A DNA stretch of 64,000 bases from the human T2T-CHM13v2.0 reference genome, Homo sapiens: assembly GCF_009914755.1 (NCBI RefSeq), contig NC_060930.1. One strand, written 5' to 3'. Position 1 is the first letter of the stretch. The number at the start of each line of letters is the position of its first letter. The notes beneath the pieces are model-generated. The model was not told the DNA's origin, did no database searches, and saw only the letters and a list, made by a program, of their open reading frames with translations. Both the position numbers and the translations under genes were made by a program. Shown here piece by piece: positions 42,691-55,799 of the stretch.

Positions 42691-44600
42691 CATAAGGAAA
42701 GAAGATTCTTGAGAGTAGACAAAATTGAGCAAAGAAACTGGTAGAAGAAAAACCAAGACAACACAATTTCACTGAAGCCAAATAAACAGAATTGACTTTT
42801 AAAAAGAAAAGAATGCTTCATTGGATAATGCTGAAATGTTTTAAAAGATTAAGATTAGAAAGTGTCCAGTGTATTTAGCAAGATATGGACCATTTGAACA
42901 ACTAGTGTTGCGGCTAGATAAACAAAAAGAAAAAGAAAAAAAGGAAACAGGTTTTAGACAGTAATTTTTAGAAAACAACTTTTTCGTTGAGCAAGAGATT
43001 TATAGGGAGACAGCATAGCAAGGATGTTGTTTTTGTTTGTGTTATATAACAGTAGAGAACTGAGCATGGAACAAAAAAGAGCTTTTGGTCCTAAAGCTCT
43101 TAGGACCAAATTGGTGGAGAAAAGTCAATTGTATAGAAAATAACATGTACTATTAATAAACGAAGTTACAGAAAAAAAAAAGTGGCAGAATCCGGAGCCC
43201 TTTCGGGAAATTAGACAGAAAGAAGGTTCTCTAATGTAAGAGAAGACAAGAGTGCAGATGGGTGTGGTTTTAGATTGAAAGAAGAGAGAGAAGTTCATGG
43301 ATAGTGAGTTTATACTCTTTCTAAGACTGGAGCTGGGTGGCAAGTTGCAGAAATCAGAGGAGGGTGAAGAAAAGTGAAAAAACATAATGTTGAAGAAAGT
43401 GACAATGAGTGAAACTGAGAAGTCTCAAGTGTGATATCTGGACAGTTTGCTGTGTCCATTTTAGATATGAGATGTTGCATTTACTGCAAGACAATTCTCC
43501 TTTATTGTGAGGTAATACAGTTTTGTGTAATTGCCCAGTTGAAGAAGCAGAATAAAGTGCACATGGGTCTTGCCAGAGATCTATGACACATACATAAATA
43601 ATCCACGGGTCTTAGGGGAATGTTTCTAAAATAATCAACCATTTAAGTAATAAGGGGAAATGAAAAGAAAACAATGGCTGACAGACTGTTAGAAAGTATA
43701 GGGGTCAATGAACTATGAAAAGTGAATATTTATACAATAACCACTTGAGTAATAAAGGGTAGAATCCATCACAGACAGCTTGCAGTTTAAACAACTGTTC
43801 TTCTAATAACACAATAGAAGTAATCTAAAGATAAATTAAGTGATCAAATCCTTAACAGAAGGAGTCACATTTCTTGCCATTTTTTACTTTCATGTGATTT
43901 TCTCCTAGATTACACTGTGTTTTGTTCCATAACTGGACAGATTTTAAAATCCAATAAAGAAAAAAATAAAAATAATTGGCGAATAGCAGAACATCCAGAA
44001 TGATTGGTCCAGGTTTAGCAACCATCTAATGAGGTCAATGTGTTCATACAATTACCCATGTATAATACAATTATTCATGTATACAATTAGTTTTCCCCCC
44101 AGAAGATTATTTTTATACAATGCCATACATTTTAATACCTCTTTTTAACTTTAATATGAGTTGCTAATCCTCGTCCCTTAAAAATGTTTTCAGAGAGAAA
44201 AATTTACTGTCTTGGTTAAATGCAATTATCAACAATGCAAAATTTATTTTCACGTCTTTTTTTTCCTAGAGAGTCTGTATTTGAACAATGGGCCTATCTC
44301 ACATGTGGAGGGCCTCCCCTCATTTTTCACATACTCCTGAGTTACAACGTTGACAATTATTTTTCTTTGAGTCGTATCTTTTTTCAGAGAGTAAGGCCTG
44401 AAATTTGTCTGGAATATCCCTCTTTTATATGAGTAGAAATTTTAAAATTTGCAGTAGTAATATGCATGTCAAAGCTATCATTGTTTTGGGAAAAAAATAT
44501 TTCATTGTGTTACATGGCATGCTCTTAATTGTACAGGTGAAGTGATGTTTTACTTTTACTGGCAGTATTTAAGAAAAACAAAAAGTGAATATATATTTCA

Positions 44601-44703
44601 TACTAGGCTTAATAACTGGGTGATACAATAATCTGTACAACAAACCTCCATGATACTAGTTTACCTATGTAACAAACCTGCACTTGTACCCCAAAATTAA
44701 AAG
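44601..44703 (+). mobile_element. L1PA (PA8-13-like) extreme 3' fragment
   Basis: TACTAGGCTTAATAACTGGGTGATACAATAATCTGTACAACAAACCTCCATGA...TTTACCTATGTAACAAACCTGCACTTGTACCCC. Confidence 0.88.
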
Positions 44704-44905
44704 TATATATATATGTACTTTTATATATATATAAGTGTATATATATATACTTTTATATATATGTATTTATATATATATACTTTTATATATATGTATTTAT
44801 ATATATATACTTTTATATATATACTTTTATATATATACTTTTATATATATATTTTATATATATATAAAGAAAATATATATATATTTTCTTTTCAGACATA
44901 TATAT
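44704..44905. repeat. Interrupted (TA)n / TATATATACTTT-type AT-rich repeat at the L1 tail position
   Basis: Repeated ATATATATACTTTTATATAT units directly after the L1PA 3' end. Confidence 0.9.
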
Positions 44906-46199
44906 CTGAATTTCTGTTGCTTTTTAAGCAATAATATCCTGCATATGATTATTTTTGGCTTATTTCTCTGTGTATTAGATCAGAAAAAATAAAATATATA
45001 AAAATCACACAATTGTGTATGAATATATGCATGTATTTATTTGAATGAAATCCATTCATTAAAACAGTTAAATTCTAAAATTGTTCTATGTCGCTCAAAT
45101 TCCCTCTCTGTGGTGTTTTATTAAAAGAGAGGATTGGGGAGAGACTCTTTACCTAATTATGAAATAATACATTGTGTTGGCAGAGAAAATCATCATGATG
45201 GCTCAAAGCCAATAAAGTCTGTATCACAGATTTCAGTTTTTTTCACCTTGACCATAAATACACAAATGGATGAACAGCAAAGGATAAATGTGCTATCAAG
45301 GTTTGAGAAAGTTATAGGTACAGGCAAGTTTTTCTTCTGGAGTGTTGCTTAATAATTAAATTTAATAATGAAACATTGATAGATATCCTCTTAGTGAAAA
45401 TACATCATCTCCTTTGAAAGACTCCAGTCATGGGATATATTTATAATTCCTTAAATCCTTAGTTACCGAGAAATATGCAACTATGCAGTCATATGATTTA
45501 AAAACAAAAGGCACTCTAAATCAGGAGAAAGCAAGTAGTGGTATGAATAGTTCCCAAGTCTTGTGGTTGAAAAAGATATAAAGGCTTCTCCTGAGATTAA
45601 GCTGGAAAACTCACATAGCAATTAGTGAATCCAATCTATATGCCAGTGTAGGCAATGCCACTATTGTGTGCAAGACCATATCTAAGTGTTTATATTTCTT
45701 TTTAAAATGTTCTATATTTATCTATAAAATACACTATGTAAGTAAAAAAGCAGGTCTGTAGAAGATATGATACATTATATTATATACAGTTTCTTCAGCC
45801 TTCTCTTTTCTGAAGTTCCAAGAGACATATTCCTAATCAGTCCAAGTTGCATATGTCTATGTTTATGTCTCTGTATTTGTGCACCATTGCATGGTGGAGC
45901 TACCAGAACTGTGGGTGCAGATATAATGTCCAAAATTAAAATATAAATCCTTACTACATGACTACAGAGAAGAAAAAAGTAATATTTGATTTCCCATCAA
46001 ATCACGCATGTGGTACTTTCGGAGAACAAATATTGCCTAAAACCACTGTGATCTACTGTATTAATGGACTCCTCAAAAGTGACTACTTTCTTATAATTAA
46101 TCTTTCAATTATTTTCCAAAATTCTTAAAGTCCAAATTTCTTAACATGCTCTATAATAATAAGGATAAAATCTTTTTTTATGCCTCAGTCTCATGCTTA

Positions 46200-46650
46200 A
46201 ACGTTTGAGTAGTTTTAGATTTGCTGAAAAGTTACAAAGATTGCACCGAGTTCCCATATACCCCTCACCCAGTTTCTCCTCTTATTAACAGCTTAAGATC
46301 TGGCATTTGTCACAATTAATGAAAATAGTGATTTATTAACTGAAGTCCATACTTGATTTAGCTTCTGTTTTTACCTAATGCCTGTTTTCATTCCCATATA
46401 GAATACATTATACTATTTCCAAATTAGGTCATATTCTAAGGTACTGGAAGTTAGAACTTCAACATATGAATTTGGGTGGGGAGTGATAATTTGACCCATA
46501 ATAACCCTCAAGGTTCTAGGCAATCACTAATCAACTTATAAACTGCCTATTCTAGACTTTTCATATAAATGGAATATTATAGATACTGTGACTTTTTCAC
46601 TTAGCATGTTTTCAAGATCCATCAATATTGTCACATGTGTCAGTACTATT
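46200..46650 (-). mobile_element. L1MC/ME-type 3' fragment, interrupted by an MLT1 piece
   Basis: TTTGAGTAGTTTTAGATTTGCTGAAAAGTTACAAAGA...GAGTTCCCATATACCCCTCACCCAGTTTC; resumes CTAGGCAATCACTAATC...TCATATAAATGGAAT. Confidence 0.75.
46412..46503 (-). mobile_element. MLT1A/B/C-type LTR 5'-end fragment
   Basis: CTATTTCCAAATTAGGTCATATTCTAAGGTACTGGAAGTTAGAACTTCAACATATGAATTTGGG...GACCCATAATA. Confidence 0.8.
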
Positions 46651-46659
46651 AGTCTGCTC

Positions 46660-48130
46660 CTGTGAATTTTTCATTTCAGTTCATTAAAGAATTTCCTTTG
46701 TATTTCTTATATCTGTATCTTATTGATATTCTCCATTTGATATGAAATTGTCATCATGCCATCCTTTATTTAATCTTAGTGTCCTTTAATTCTTTGAGCA
46801 TGTTTTTAAGAGCTGCTTTGAAGTCTTTTTTGGCTAAATTTACCATGTAGGCCCCATCAAAGACAGTTTTTCTTGTTTGCTTTTTCACTGTGTATGGGTC
46901 ATATTTTCTTGTTTCTTTGCATGTGTCATATATTTCTGTTGCAAGTGGGATATTTTCGGTAATATGTTGTAGCACCTATGAATACATTACCCACCCCTCC
47001 ATCTGGCAGTGGTTATTATTGCTGCCGTTTGCTTGGTCATTTGTTTGCATAGTGATTTGACTGAATTAACTCTGTGAGGGATATTTTCCTTGCAGTGTTT
47101 TCCCTGATCATATTTTCCCCTTATTTTTAATCTTTGAGTCTAATATCTAGAGGTTGTCCCAGGAAGAATATAGCTATTTATTGTTGAAACATTTTGCATA
47201 AGCTCTCCTTAGCCAGTTGGAGTTTTACCCTTTTACTGTTGGATATGTGTGTGTGGCTTGGAGGCTGCAATCATTATTTAGGGAGTTTATGTCAGTCTCA
47301 CATTCAACAGACTGCCAGCTTGGAGGTTACTTCTCTTATTGTACTTTAAAGGGTGCAGCCTTGTTGGGCATGTACAGTCTTCCAGAAAGCTGAGGATAAG
47401 TGTTATTTTATCTTTACGTTTAGCTTCTCTAGTAGCTACCTCCATGTCAGAATAATTAACTGTTCAGTCACTGTTTTGCTAGAAGTTGTGTTTAAGCTCC
47501 TTGTGTCTATGAGGTTTCTACCCTGTGTTGATGGGTCTGCATGTAGCTTGGAGAATGTTTTCATTTTCATGCCTTGACCTGCTCAGATTGCTCCTGAGTG
47601 AGGGCAACCCAGCACATGCACACAGCCTTCCAGAAGCCCTGAGTTGACTGTGATCTCCAAAGGGACATCCTGGGCTGTCTCTCTTCCTGATTCTATCACA
47701 TTTCCGGCTGCTCTGTTGTTCTGTGTATATTATGGGTCTACTAGCCTCTTCTTAGTCACTGCCCACCAAGATCTTCATTATTTATTAATAGTGTCCTTAG
47801 GCATGGAATTCTATGCTTTTTGTACCAAGTAAACCCAGTCATCTCAGACAAATCTGCAGAGCTCTTTGTCATACGGCCAGCCTCTCCTGTGGGCAGAACC
47901 TCCTGCCACAGCATCAGAGCTGGGTGGAGGGAACCATTTTTTCTCAAAGTGGTACTCCGGCTCTAAGAGTAAGCAGTGGATGGAAGTGGTGTTATTATTT
48001 CCTGGTCTTTCTGGTTTGTTCTTTCTATCAAGGAACTCCTACATTACCAGGGACCTGGGCCACAGGCAATCAAAGTCTCAGATTTCTTTGCTTGCTATCC
48101 CTGAGGAGGAACTTCTTCTCTACCAGTGAG
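46660..48130 (-). mobile_element. Old L1M/L1ME 5' UTR-ORF1 fragment
   Basis: Minus-strand ORF 46766-46975 ends LAKKDFKAALKNMLKELK, typical of old L1 ORF1 N-termini; upstream GC-richer 5' UTR-like sequence; boundaries approximate. Confidence 0.6.
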
Positions 48131-49239
48131 GGCTATGTAGATATCATTAGTTTCTATATATTGTGAAGTGATGTAGCCTTTGGAGCTCTAATTGAAGATC
48201 ACCATCATTTCTACAGCATTAAAACACATTTCCAATTTGAATCAGATTAATTGATTTGTGATTTTATTTAACATCTCCTTTCTTACCAATCACTACAGTT
48301 GATACTGGAAATGCCAAGATGAATAAGACACACAGAATGCAAAGTATTTATAATCCAATGTAACAGATAGATATTAAAAAGAAACACAAACTATACTATT
48401 TATATTGTCAGTTAGCAGGCATAAATATGTACAAAGTGTTTGTATAATATGGAGATGCCTCTGTGAGATATGTTGATGCCAAAGAGAAACAATCTCATTA
48501 ATTGAATTTCCAGGATTTAAAGATACTACATAGCTAGTGACGTTTGATCTTTTAAAATTTCTGCAGGAATTTACTAATAAATTGGGAGTAGATTGGGTAA
48601 AAATGCCTGCAAGTAAGAATATAGAATAAAGTCACAGAGGAATTTGGAGCATGATGTGTTAAAATAACTAAAGGAGTTCAGTATGGCTAAAGCCATATTA
48701 GGGGTGGGTGAAGAATATTTTAAGGTTCATTAAAGTTTTATCTTTGCAGCATTAAATTGTCACAGAAACCAAGATGCATTGGCTAGCATTGCAAGAAAAT
48801 ATTCAGTATATGAGCCTAAGCTAGATGTTCTGCCTTAAAATATTGGTGGAGAATTTTGTAGTTGTGCTATTACAGAGGATGTCAAGATTTCATTCTTCAA
48901 CATGGAAAATAGTATAACTGATTTACTTTGTTCAAGTTTCTCTTAAATATGCAGAGAGGTTGTCATCCTTAATAGTACTGTGACTGAGCCACATTTAATC
49001 TACTGGAAGTAAATTGAAATAAATGGAATATGTATGACACTATGAAGAGTTGGATGTATACATGTGCAATGAAAATATGTGGATAAACTGCATAAGACAC
49101 AATAAGGAAAAAAGCTATAACAAAAGTAGTTGGTATGAAGGTTTGGCAATTTTTATTCTATAGTTATTTCACATATCATATTTCTCCTTTATATAGTTCA
49201 TAATGCCAAGAGGTACAAGCTGACAGCTACAGTAGGAAA

Positions 49240-49355
49240 TTGAAGCATGAATTAGGTGATGTAGATTGTAATTCCAGCTCTTTATGACAATTTTTGCCAC
49301 TCTGAACAAGTCGCTAATCTTCAGAGTTTGAGCTTCAATATTTTAAGATGGCAAA
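49240..49355 (+). mobile_element. MIR fragment
   Basis: AATTCCAGCTCT...CTCTGAACAAGTCGCTAATCTTCAGAGTTTGAGCTTC...TTTAAGATGG. Confidence 0.5.
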
Positions 49356-49357
49356 AT

Positions 49358-49957
49358 TATGTGATTCTGGTAATTTACATTCTAGATTATTTAGCAAAAT
49401 TTTCCTTGATTTTTGAATTATGTGTGCACCTCTTAAGTAACAAAGCAAAATATATACATTGTAGTACTTTGTAATAATCATTATTATGAGTAGCATTAAT
49501 TTGTTAGTTTGGATTATATCAGCATTGCTTACATATGATTAATGACTCTTTAAAGGGAAAAAAAATCTTGAGGATCTTAATATTACCAGAATTTCTATTA
49601 TGTTACTTAAAATGTACAAAAATTTTGGCATATATTTCTTAGGCTTACATATGTGATTCTGCTAATTTACATGTTAGATTATTTAGGAAAAATTTCCTTG
49701 ATTTTTGAATTATGTGCACCTCTTATGTAATAAAGTAAAATATTTATAGTAATTTGTAATAAATATTATTAGTAGCATTAATTTGTTAGTTTGGATTATA
49801 TCAGCATTTCTTACATATGATTAATTACTCTTTAAAGGGAAAAATATCTTGAGGATCCTAATATTACCGGAATTTCCATTATGTTACTTAAAATGTACAA
49901 AACTTCAGGCATTAGGTCATATTCTAAGGTACTGGAATACATTTCTTAGGCTTACAT
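49358..49957. repeat. Tandem duplication, two diverged copies with period ~292 bp
   Basis: Copy 1 at 49358-49649 and copy 2 at 49650-49957 both start TATGTGATTCTG, share TAGCATTAATTTGTTAGTTTGGATTATATCAGCATT, and end TTTCTTAGGCTTACA. Confidence 0.96.
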
Positions 49958-50011
49958 ACTCAATTACACCATAACCTAAAATTACAAAGTAAATATAAAA
50001 CCCGTAAAATG

Positions 50012-50315
<304 letters not shown>

Positions 50316-51217
50316 TCATTTTGGCAGATGATGGTTTGTGGCTACCAAATATATGCTTATAACACCTTTATGGTACTGACTTCAGTGGTACAGTTTCTTT
50401 TACATTTAATAGGTAGAAACTTTCATGTACTATGACTATAAAGCAAAGATTTTACTGTTTTCCTCAAAGCTAATTACTGTGAAACTTTCGTCACAGCAAC
50501 TTAGGACCACTTTTCATCTTTGCCTGATGCAAGCTAAGCATTTGTAGATTAAATCTCTCTTTATCTTTTCTTTGGCCAATACAATGAATGTGGTTTCTGC
50601 TTATGTGAGTGTTCAAAAACATAAATTAAAATGAATATACTGAAAATGATTAAGTTGGGTATAAGGTCGTAGATGTGCTGAAGACCAATTTTGTTTATGC
50701 TCTTTTTCTTTCACTTGAATATATTAACACGTTTTTACATTTATATTAAATACAAAATGAAAATCTAAAATATAAGCACATAATAGAGAACTGGGTAAAC
50801 CTGGGTAATACATCTACATTTTCCAGGAGTAAGCATATGCCTTTACGCGAATAAACGAAAGCCAAATAAATTTGTATAAAAATTAGCTCTGCACTTTGCT
50901 CACTATAACTGTTTTTGCATATACCCAGATACTATTCAAACATATACAAGTCAGGGGCCTCTTATAAAGTCTATCATCATGAACACTTAGGACACTACTT
51001 GAACTACAAAGTATAAGGAATGTTTTAGAAATATCATTACATTTTAGAACATTCTCTAGAGACTTGAATAGTATAGGTTTGTATCATTATAACTGAATGC
51101 AGATTTCCAGTAGACCTTCCACACTGATCTCAGATATCTAAAAGGAGAGGGATTTGTGCCATTTAGGCAAAAGGGGATTAAAGAAGTGACAGTAGGAAAA
51201 ACTGAAAATAAAGAAAT

Positions 51218-51270
51218 ACTCCAGCCTGGGTGACAGAGTAAGACCCTGTCTCAATCAATCAATCAATCAA
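51218..51270 (+). mobile_element. Alu extreme 3' fragment with (AATC)n tail
   Basis: TACTCCAGCCTGGGTGACAGAGTAAGACCCTGTCTC followed by AATCAATCAATCAATCAA. Confidence 0.85.
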
Positions 51271-52109
51271 GGATTGTGGTAGTGCTATAAACCACATTTG
51301 TATAATTGCATGGGCAAACAGTTATGCTTTTGGTGTCTGTTCCTCATTTACGATTCTGATAAATAATGGTATGTCCATCTAAGGTTATTATGAGATTTAA
51401 ATGAGTTCATAAGCAGGATCTGCTGTTTAGGACCCATTGCTAACATTGAAATACTGTTATACAAATTCTTCATTTTTTGAACTAGTAATTATAGATGGAA
51501 TGATGTATGGGTATGCAAGAAATTGATATCATACAGTGTATTTGGTAAAAGAATGAACATTTAACTGATTACAGTGAATCATGGCCCATTTTGGCAAAAG
51601 AAAAATGGTAAAAATTAAGACAGTAAAAATTACTGATTTGTGTTTCAAATGATCACAAAATGGTCATGTAAAACCATAAAGTACAGTTCTCTTTCAATTA
51701 CCAAGATTTGTTCATAGTAATGGCTTTAGGTATATGTATATAGATGGAAACATTTTTCTTTTTTACCAAAGTTTGATTTCAGAACTTTAAAGTCTAACAA
51801 TGTGAATACTATATTATACAAAAAGTAGTTTGCTATACTTTTATTCATTTTCTATTAATTCCTGTTATATTTTTTACTCTCAAATACTATTATGTAAAGA
51901 TAATTGCCAAACAAGGTATATAATCCTTTTAAAAATATAATATATATATAATATATGTAATATTCAAGATAGGCACACCAATACATGAATCAATAATACT
52001 AGAATCACTTTTTATCCATTTTCAATTAATATTTCACTGTCACTTGTCAGAAGAAATAATCCAAAGCATCATCATGATTATATTGAAAAGTTATCTCATT
52101 TTGATCTCT

Positions 52110-52290
52110 GAAGCGCTGGGTTTGAATCCTAGGTTTGATTTTTAGTAATTTTGTGATCATACCCAAATTATTAGACCTCTTTAATCATAGTGTTCTATTT
52201 CTGAAATAGAAGTTAATGCCTTTTCTATTCTTTGTGTGTGAGAGAGGGAGAGACAGAACTAAAAATAAAGTGTACGAAAGCACTTTTAAA
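52110..52290 (+). mobile_element. MIR fragment
   Basis: CTGGGTTTGAATCCTAGG...TGTGATCATACCCAAATTATTAGACCTCT...TGTACGAAAGCACTT. Confidence 0.55.
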
Positions 52291-53557
52291 AAATAATGAT
52301 CCACCATAATGTTGTTATTGCTATTATGACTAACATGATAATCATAATTTATGGTTACATTCTTGAACTCCTCTCAAAAGAAAATTAAAATTCAGAGCAA
52401 AACCTTTCCATATATTGCTGGTTTTAAATCTTATTCAATGGCAAAAGGTAGGAATAGCCAAATATTTTTATGTCCTGTTCCACAAAATTTCATTTAAAAG
52501 TATTAGAAATACCAATAAATAAAACACCCAAATTTTGGTAACATAACTGAAGATGAACAAATGCTACAATGACAAGTCAGTTACATGATTAATATAAAAT
52601 TACAATCATATTAATATGCTTAAAAAAGTTATTGGAAGAATGATAGGATGACAAACAGCTGCCATATTCTTCTCATTATAGTTCAAAAAATAAGAGCTGA
52701 GAATATCATAGGCTTACTAAAATTGAGCTTGGCTAAAATATTTTGTCAGGTAATCTCCATTTTATTGCCCTTAATCTCCATTACATTTCTGGTTTAAAAA
52801 ATGTGTAAAAATTAGTCTGCAGAATGAAAAACTCATAGACACAGGCCAAAACAAGACATATCCTGTCTTCACAGGGTGATGCTCATTGTCTCCTAATCAT
52901 TTATTTGAAATGAGAGCGTAAAAATAACAATTACCACAATTTTTAAATTAATAAAGCATTTCTATATATTATTTTGACATAAATGAATCAATAAATTATA
53001 GACAAGAATCACCCTTCACATGTGACCAATAAGGTTTACAAAAATATCTTGGTACAAATTATAATCTGGATATTTTTGTTAACTAAAGGCTAGTTTAATA
53101 TATAAAAATTATCTGAAAGTATAAACTTTGCTAAATACATAATGTAAATTTTCATATATTTATTCTATTCAATTGGCTAATGCCCACTCTAGGATTTTAA
53201 AAATTCTTTTAAAATTTTTGCCTTTAATATTTTTTTCACCTACTATTAAGATGACTCCAGATAAACAAGCAGATATAAGCAGAAATGTAACAGAACCTCA
53301 TTAAATGAACAAATTTGAAAATCTTCAGAATTTTGTGGGTTTAGAAGCTGGGTGCAACAAGAGTTGATATTAAAGAAAATGGTTTTTGAAATTAAGATAT
53401 ACATATTTATTTGTGAAAGGACAAATAATATTAAATGCATGGCTATGTTTACCTCAGTTGTATAATACAAAATACTAATACCATACATGTAATTCTAATG
53501 GGTAACTTTCTAAACCTCAAATTACTACCCTGATGAATGTTTTACTTTGTACTATAA

Positions 53558-53949
<392 letters not shown>

Positions 53950-54616
53950 GATTTTTTTAAATTTCAAGTTTTATTTTAGGTTCAGGGGGTACACTTGCAG
54001 GTTTGTTACATGGGCATATTGCTTGATGGTGACATTTCAGGTATGAATGATCCTGTCACCCAGGTACTGAACATCGTACCTAATGGTAGTTTTTTCAGCA
54101 CTTGCCCACCTCCTTCCCTCCCAACCCTCTCTAGTAGCTCCCTGTCTCTATTGTTCCCATCTTTATGTCCATGTGTACTCAATGTTTAGCTTCCATGTAT
54201 AAGTGAGAACATGTGGTATTTGATTTTGTGTTTTGCTGTTAATTACCTTAAGACAGTGGCCTCCAGCTACATCCATGTCACTGCAAAGGATGTGATTTTG
54301 TTCTTTTTTATGGCTGCATAGTATTCTGTGGTATATATCACCACATTTTTTTATCCAGTCTACCATTAATGGGTATCTAGGTTGATTCTATGTATTTGTT
54401 GTTGTGAATAGTGCTGCAATGAACATACAATTGCATGTGTCTTTTTAGTAGAACAATTTATTTTCCTTTGGATATATATCCAGTAATGGGTTTGGTGGTT
54501 TGAATGGTATTTCTGTTCGAAGTTCTTTGAGAAATCTCTGAACTGCTTTCCATAGTGGCTGAATAAAGTTACATTCCCATCAGCAGTGTATAAGCATTCC
54601 CCTTTCTTGGCAACAC
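53950..54616 (-). mobile_element. L1PA15/16-like 3' fragment
   Basis: TTTTATTTTAGGTTCAGGGGGTACACTTGCAGGTTTGTTACATGGG...TATAAGTGAGAACATG...TTCCCATCAGCAGTGTATAAGCATTCCC. Confidence 0.9.
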
Positions 54617-55799
54617 AATTTTATAACAGATTTTTCCTCTGAAATATCTACTTGAAATTCCTGACAGTGTTTTCCTAAAACATTTTAACATAAATAAATG
54701 CATAAATATTTTTCTAATTATTTCATTTTAAATACAAATACTTACTAATTTCACTTTACATGGTAGAAAATGACTGGTTTTGTTAAATATTTTGAAATTA
54801 GACTTACATAAAAATGGAAGATCTTATATATAGTTATTTTTCACTGATTCAGTCTTCTTCCTTTCACATTGTTAAAATAATATGTTAAAAGTAAAATCAC
54901 GAAATAGATATACTCATAAAACTTACTTGAATTTAAGTGACCATTTTATTTATGAAAGTCCTCTTTGCTAGTTTTCTCTTTTCTTGTCTGTTACATATAA
55001 TGATTGAGTTACAGTTACACGCATAGCAACATTTTCCATTGTGCCCCTGTGTTAAGTATAGGCTTTTATTCTGTTTCTATTCTGCACTAAAGAGTCAGTA
55101 GCAAACAAGTTTATAAACAGTTCAGAGCTGGATGCATAATCAAAACTCATAATCCACTCCAACACCCACTTTTTTAAAATCAAGACCCACCTAATTTTCT
55201 TTTCCCTCTGGTCTAATTTTTACAAAAATTTCATTTTGTAATTATTTATAATAATTTATATCTGCAATTTCTGCTTTGATAAAACTGGTATGTCAGGAGC
55301 CTCCATCCATGATATATTGTATCTTTGCTTATCAGTTAAAGGAGTCCAGAAAATAACTCTCCCCTTCCTATGTACCATATTTATGGTTTCACACTTGATT
55401 TTTCCTACAAAGTTGGAGGGTATTTCTTAAAGTTCTATATGTGATTATCTAACCTTGCTTGGACAGAGAAAGAGTAAATCAGGTGTTAGCTTGTACTTTA
55501 GGGATTGTCTTAGGCAGAATATTGACTCCTTCTGCTTCCCTAACACTTATTAACGAGTCAATTTAGCTATTCCTAATGTGTGCATGCGTGTGTGTATTTC
55601 AGAACAATGTATTATATATACAATTTATATTTGTCAATTAAAAAATGAGAATATTAAAAATAGTGAATTAGAGAAAATATTGTGCAAATTCCAGCAAAAT
55701 TCCTACAGATAAGTTTTTAAATGAACATTTAATTTGATTACCTGTATAATGACTCCATTACACTATTAAAAAATAGCTTTATGTGTAAAATTTCTATGT

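Noticed and set aside
44713-44992. Tyr/Ile-rich ORFs (also 3749-3982 and 18384-18605)
   Set aside because: Translations of TA-rich simple repeats.
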